From Spirochaetia bacterium (GTDB taxonomy: Bacteria > Spirochaetota > Spirochaetia > CAKZLE01): 64,000 bases of DNA. The DNA lies in contig OY782041.1 in NCBI GenBank assembly GCA_963677595.1, forward strand, positions 1,472,001 to 1,536,000, read 5' to 3'. Positions 60,648-64,000 of this stretch are shown here, one piece after another. The first letter of the stretch is position 1. Each line of letters opens with the position of its first letter. A model generated the notes under the pieces. It was not told where the DNA came from. It made no database searches and saw only the letters and a program-made list of their open reading frames with translations. The position numbers were made by a program, and so were the translations under genes.

Positions 60648-61293
60648 ACTGTTTCCCTGCTAGAGCGATCAGGCCGTTCACGATCGCTGCCGCGATCGGG
60701 GAACCTCCCCGCCTGTCGGGGTTGGTGATGAACGGTATATCTATCCCGAGCAGTTCCTGCTTGCTCTCAGCAGCCCCCACGAAGCCGACCGGCACCCCGA
60801 TGATCAGGGCGGGCCGCACCTCCCCGGCATTGACCAGGTCGATGAGTTCGAAGAGGGCCGTCGGTGCATTCCCGATCGCCACGATCCCGCCGTCATACTC
60901 TGCCTTCGCCAGCCTGACCGCGGCTGCCGACTTGGTCATCCCGCACGCTGCCGCCAATGCGGCAGCCTCCTCTGTATAGAGCATGCAGGAGAGTGTCCCC
61001 CCATACCCCTCTGGCAGCCGTGCCCGGATCCCCGAGGTGACCATAGAGACGTCGGTGTAGATGTTCCGGCCCTCCCGGATCGCCTTCACCCCTGAGGAGA
61101 GCGCATCGGCATGGAATCTGAACGTCTTCGAGAACTCAACGTCGGCTGTGGTATGAGCGATCCGGGTCCTGATGAGCATCTCAGCCTCAGGACAGTGGTA
61201 ATCGCCGAACTCCTCCCTGATCATGGAAAAGCTCCTTGCATAGATCTCCTCCGGTCTCAAGTACTGCCTTCCCCGTTTCTGGTCATCGTTCAT
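60637..61293 (-). CDS. cbiC: Cobalt-precorrin-8 methylmutase
   Basis: RIAHTTAD, IGNAPTAL, PVGFVGAAESK, GGSPIAAAIVN; start at 61293 or 61302. Confidence 0.95.
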   Translation of the reverse strand: MNDDQKRGRQYLRPEEIYARSFSMIREEFGDYHCPEAEMLIRTRIAHTTADVEFSKTFRFHADALSSGVKAIREGRNIYTDVSMVTSGIRARLPEGYGGTLSCMLYTEEAAALAAACGMTKSAAAVRLAKAEYDGGIVAIGNAPTALFELIDLVNAGEVRPALIIGVPVGFVGAAESKQELLGIDIPFITNPDRRGGSPIAAAIVNGLIALAGKQYGV

Positions 61294-62653
61294 GGTATTC
61301 ACCTGCCTTCTGTATGAAAGATCTCAGCATCCCTATATTGGATGCAAAATGGAAGTGTACCCAGCTGCCTACGGCCTGCCGGTACTGCAGCCCGTCGTGG
61401 AAGGACCGCTCCCCCTTCCTGATGAGGAACAGGGCATCCTCTTGGCCTATCTCCCGGTCGAGTTCCGCCCAATGGAATACATGCCCCCGCGAAGAGGTCC
61501 CTCCCTCCCCGAAGATGCTGCCCCGCATCGTCTGTGTCTCACAATAGCCGAGGGCACGGAGCGACCTACTTAGACTCGCTGTATAGGGAAAGATCCCTGC
61601 CATCGGGTAGGAATGCCCGTCGACCTCGATCGCATCGCAGAGGTACATGAATCCCCCGCACTCCGCGAGCAGGGGCATGCCCCCTTCGACAGCCTGCCTG
61701 ATCGAGTCCTTCATGGTGGTGTTCGCAGAGAGTTGGCCTGCATGGAGTTCCGGGTACCCGCCCCCGAGATAGAGCGCGTCCAGCGAGTCCGGGAGACGGT
61801 GGTCGTTCACCGGGCTGAACCTGACGAGTTCCGCCCCATGGTCTTCGAGCAGGTCGAGGTTATCCTGGTAATAGAAGTTGAACGCCGCATCGTCGGCAAT
61901 GCCGATACGCGGATGGCAGGTGATGCGGCCTGCAGGATGCAGGGCTGCCAGGCCGGTTTCTGCCTGCCCCGCCGCTGCCGCGATCTGCCGCAGTCTCCCA
62001 AGGTCAAGGTGCTCCTTCAGCACTCCCGCGATGGTATCGAAGGTATGGTCCCAGTGTTCGGACTCCTCTGCGGGTACCAGCCCGAGGTGCCGTGACTCCA
62101 GGGCCATGCGTGCATCCTTCGGGATAGAGCCGATCACCGGGATACCGGTATACTCCCTGATCGCTTCCCCAAGGACTCGGGCATGGCGGGGGGACCCGAC
62201 CCGGTTGAGGATGATCCCGGCCAACTCCAGTTCGGGGTCGAATGTCGCAAACCCCTTCACGATGGCCGCGGCACTACGTGCCATGGCCCTCGCATCGAGG
62301 ACCAGGATGACCGGCAGCCCGAGCAGTTTGGCCAGGTGGGCACTACTCCCCCGCTCATCACAGGGACCTGCACCGTCAAAGAACCCCATGACCCCCTCGA
62401 CGATCGAGAGGTCAGCCTGCTGCCGGGCATAGAGTTCTTTCACGGTATCGGGGGAACAGAGCATCGTGTCGAGGTTCCTCGAACTCCTCCTCGCCGCGAT
62501 AGTATGGAACTTGGGGTCGATGTAGTCAGGGCCGGCCTTCCAGGGCTGGACCTGCAGACCCAGGTCGGCAAACGCACGCATCAAACCCATGCTGACGGTG
62601 GTCTTGCCGCAGCCGGAATGCGTTCCTGCGATGAGGAAACCGGGATTATTCAT
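61283..62653 (-). CDS. cbiA: Cobyrinate a,c-diamide synthase
   Basis: SGCGKTT, KAGPDYIDP, EGVMG, RHLGL, GGYPE, AECGGFMYL. Confidence 0.95.
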   Translation of the reverse strand: MNNPGFLIAGTHSGCGKTTVSMGLMRAFADLGLQVQPWKAGPDYIDPKFHTIAARRSSRNLDTMLCSPDTVKELYARQQADLSIVEGVMGFFDGAGPCDERGSSAHLAKLLGLPVILVLDARAMARSAAAIVKGFATFDPELELAGIILNRVGSPRHARVLGEAIREYTGIPVIGSIPKDARMALESRHLGLVPAEESEHWDHTFDTIAGVLKEHLDLGRLRQIAAAAGQAETGLAALHPAGRITCHPRIGIADDAAFNFYYQDNLDLLEDHGAELVRFSPVNDHRLPDSLDALYLGGGYPELHAGQLSANTTMKDSIRQAVEGGMPLLAECGGFMYLCDAIEVDGHSYPMAGIFPYTASLSRSLRALGYCETQTMRGSIFGEGGTSSRGHVFHWAELDREIGQEDALFLIRKGERSFHDGLQYRQAVGSWVHFHFASNIGMLRSFIQKAGEYHER

Positions 62654-62699
62654 GCATGTGCATGTGTGATTGGAAACAAGTGCCGTATTCAGCTTTCAT
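62646..62699 (-). CDS. Putative 17-aa leader peptide MKAEYGTCFQSHMHMHE
   Basis: SD-like GGGTGGGGT precedes the ATG inside the riboswitch platform hairpin; the ORF end overlaps the cbiA ATG, which has no SD of its own. Confidence 0.55.
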   Translation of the reverse strand: MKAEYGTCFQSHMHMHE

Positions 62700-62736
62700 T
62701 ATACCCCACCCAGTACATAATGACAGTTATGCTTGT

Positions 62737-62883
62737 TATAGGCTGGTCTCCTGACTTGATGCCCTATACCTGACCCTTCCCAAGGATATCCTCAGTGGTT
62801 CTATCAGGTACTTCGCGATCTTACAGTGCCTGGGGGCGCACAGGTCTTTCACCTGTTTCCCAATTAAGTTCTCACACCTATTG
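62737..62883 (-). ncRNA. Cobalamin riboswitch
   Basis: Minus strand TAGGTG...TTAATTGGGAA, ACAGGTGAAAGACCTGT, GCC-CCCA-GGC-ACTGTAA, CCACTG...GGGAAGG, B12-box AGTCAGGAGACCAGCCT; upstream of the cbi operon. Confidence 0.93.
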
Positions 62884-63108
62884 GCCCCTGTATAATACAG
62901 GTCCTCCCCGTTTGTCAATGCAATTCTCTTCCCCGCATCCTATACCATAAGATTCCTCAAAAAACCACAAGATAGTTCAATACAATCCAGATGCGCTGGC
63001 CCATACTGGTATACTGACGACATGCACGGCTCCCGGCAGACTCTTTACACAGCTCGCCGGACGTGGTATGCAGGGATCATCAATCTGAACTGTCGGAAGG
63101 GGAATACA

Positions 63109-64000
63109 TTGGCTGCACGATCACTCATGATACAGGGGACATCCTCCAATGTCGGGAAGAGCCTGCTGGTAACGGCCCTCTGCCGGATCTACACCAGGCG
63201 GGGCTACGATGTCTCCCCCTTCAAGAGCCAGAACATGGCCCTGAACTCCTTCGCCACCCCGGACGGACTCGAGATCGGCAGGGCCCAGGCCATGCAGGCG
63301 ATCGCTGCCGGGAAAGAGGCCTCAGTCCTCTTCAACCCCATCCTGCTCAAACCGGAGAGCGACGGCTCCTCGCAGGTGGTCCTGATGGGTAAGCCGTGGA
63401 AGTCGCTGAAGGGCGGTGAGTATTATAAGGCAAAACCTGAACTCTGGCATGAGGTCACCGCGACGCTGGAGCGGCTGAAAAGAGAGAGCGAGCTCATCCT
63501 CGTCGAGGGGGCTGGCTCCCCGGCAGAGATCAACCTGAAGAAAGACGAGATCGTGAACATGCGGGTAGCCGATTACCTGCAGTCCCCGGTACTCCTCACA
63601 GCGGACATCGACCGGGGCGGGGTCTTCGCCTTCCTCTACGGGACGCTCCAGCTGCTCGAGCCCCATGAGCGGGACCTGGTCAAGGGGTTCCTCATCAACA
63701 AGTTCCGGGGGAACATCGATCTGCTGACTCCCGGGATCAGGATGCTCGATGAACTCACCGGGCACATCCCGACCGTGGGGGTCCTCCCCTACATCAAGGA
63801 CCTGCAGCTCGCCCAGGAGGATTCGGTCTTCCTCGATGAACAATCCACCTTCGGGGACGGCAGCTTCGACATCGCGGTGATCAGGCTCCCCCATATATCA
63901 AACTACGATGATTTCGATGCCCTCACCCTGGAAGAGAACATCAGGATACGGTTCGTGCAGTCAGTCCACGAACTCGGAAACCCGAAGGCCATCATCCTCC
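63109..64000 (+). CDS. cobQ: Cobyric acid synthase (CbiP/CobQ), truncated by the window end
   Basis: Translated by hand from TTG 63109: MAARSLMIQGTSSNVGKS...PFKSQNMALNS...EIGRAQ...NPILLKP...EGAGSPAEINL...DIDRGG; missing from the ORF track because there is no stop in the window. Confidence 0.95.
   Translation, partial: MAARSLMIQGTSSNVGKSLLVTALCRIYTRRGYDVSPFKSQNMALNSFATPDGLEIGRAQAMQAIAAGKEASVLFNPILLKPESDGSSQVVLMGKPWKSLKGGEYYKAKPELWHEVTATLERLKRESELILVEGAGSPAEINLKKDEIVNMRVADYLQSPVLLTADIDRGGVFAFLYGTLQLLEPHERDLVKGFLINKFRGNIDLLTPGIRMLDELTGHIPTVGVLPYIKDLQLAQEDSVFLDEQSTFGDGSFDIAVIRLPHISNYDDFDALTLEENIRIRFVQSVHELGNPKAIIL

Noticed and set aside
63322-63894. 190-aa minus-strand ORF in the track
   Set aside because: Shadow of cbiP/cobQ on the plus strand, which has clear family motifs

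Overview
GC-rich, gene-dense bacterial chromosome segment, most consistent with an anaerobic, sugar-fermenting Spirochaetota member. That assignment is an inference from spirochaete-like binding-protein N-termini, the AroF-PheA fusion and gene content. From left to right the window holds: a class II aldolase and an ACT regulator; a CNNM/CorC transporter; leuS; a small accessory patch (alpha/beta hydrolase, LUD protein, Fic); a xylose-isomerase-like/PfkB/mannitol-1-P dehydrogenase operon with AraC; a visibly lower-GC LacI-regulated island (DegT aminotransferase, TIM-barrel isomerase, sugar ABC importer, Gfo/Idh/MocA); a rhamnose-type ABC operon with rhaM, a UroD-like gene and a two-component system; housekeeping genes; a methanogen-type homocysteine operon (DUF39, NIL-ferredoxin, UPF0280) joined to metH-metF; zupT; and a cobalamin-riboswitch-controlled cbi operon with an importer and an ABC-2 exporter, plus divergent cbiP. 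No tRNA, rRNA, CRISPR array or transposase was seen. The most notable signals missing from the ORF track are: (1) a 17-aa His/Met/Cys leader ORF whose start site appears to be the B12 riboswitch target and which is coupled to cbiA; (2) a 36-aa four-Cys micro-ORF ending the same operon; (3) a leaderless Pro-rich uORF coupled to the CNNM gene; (4) a 107-bp nested palindrome before fic; (5) repeated leaderless promoter architecture. All assignments come from motif recognition by eye; no database searches were run.
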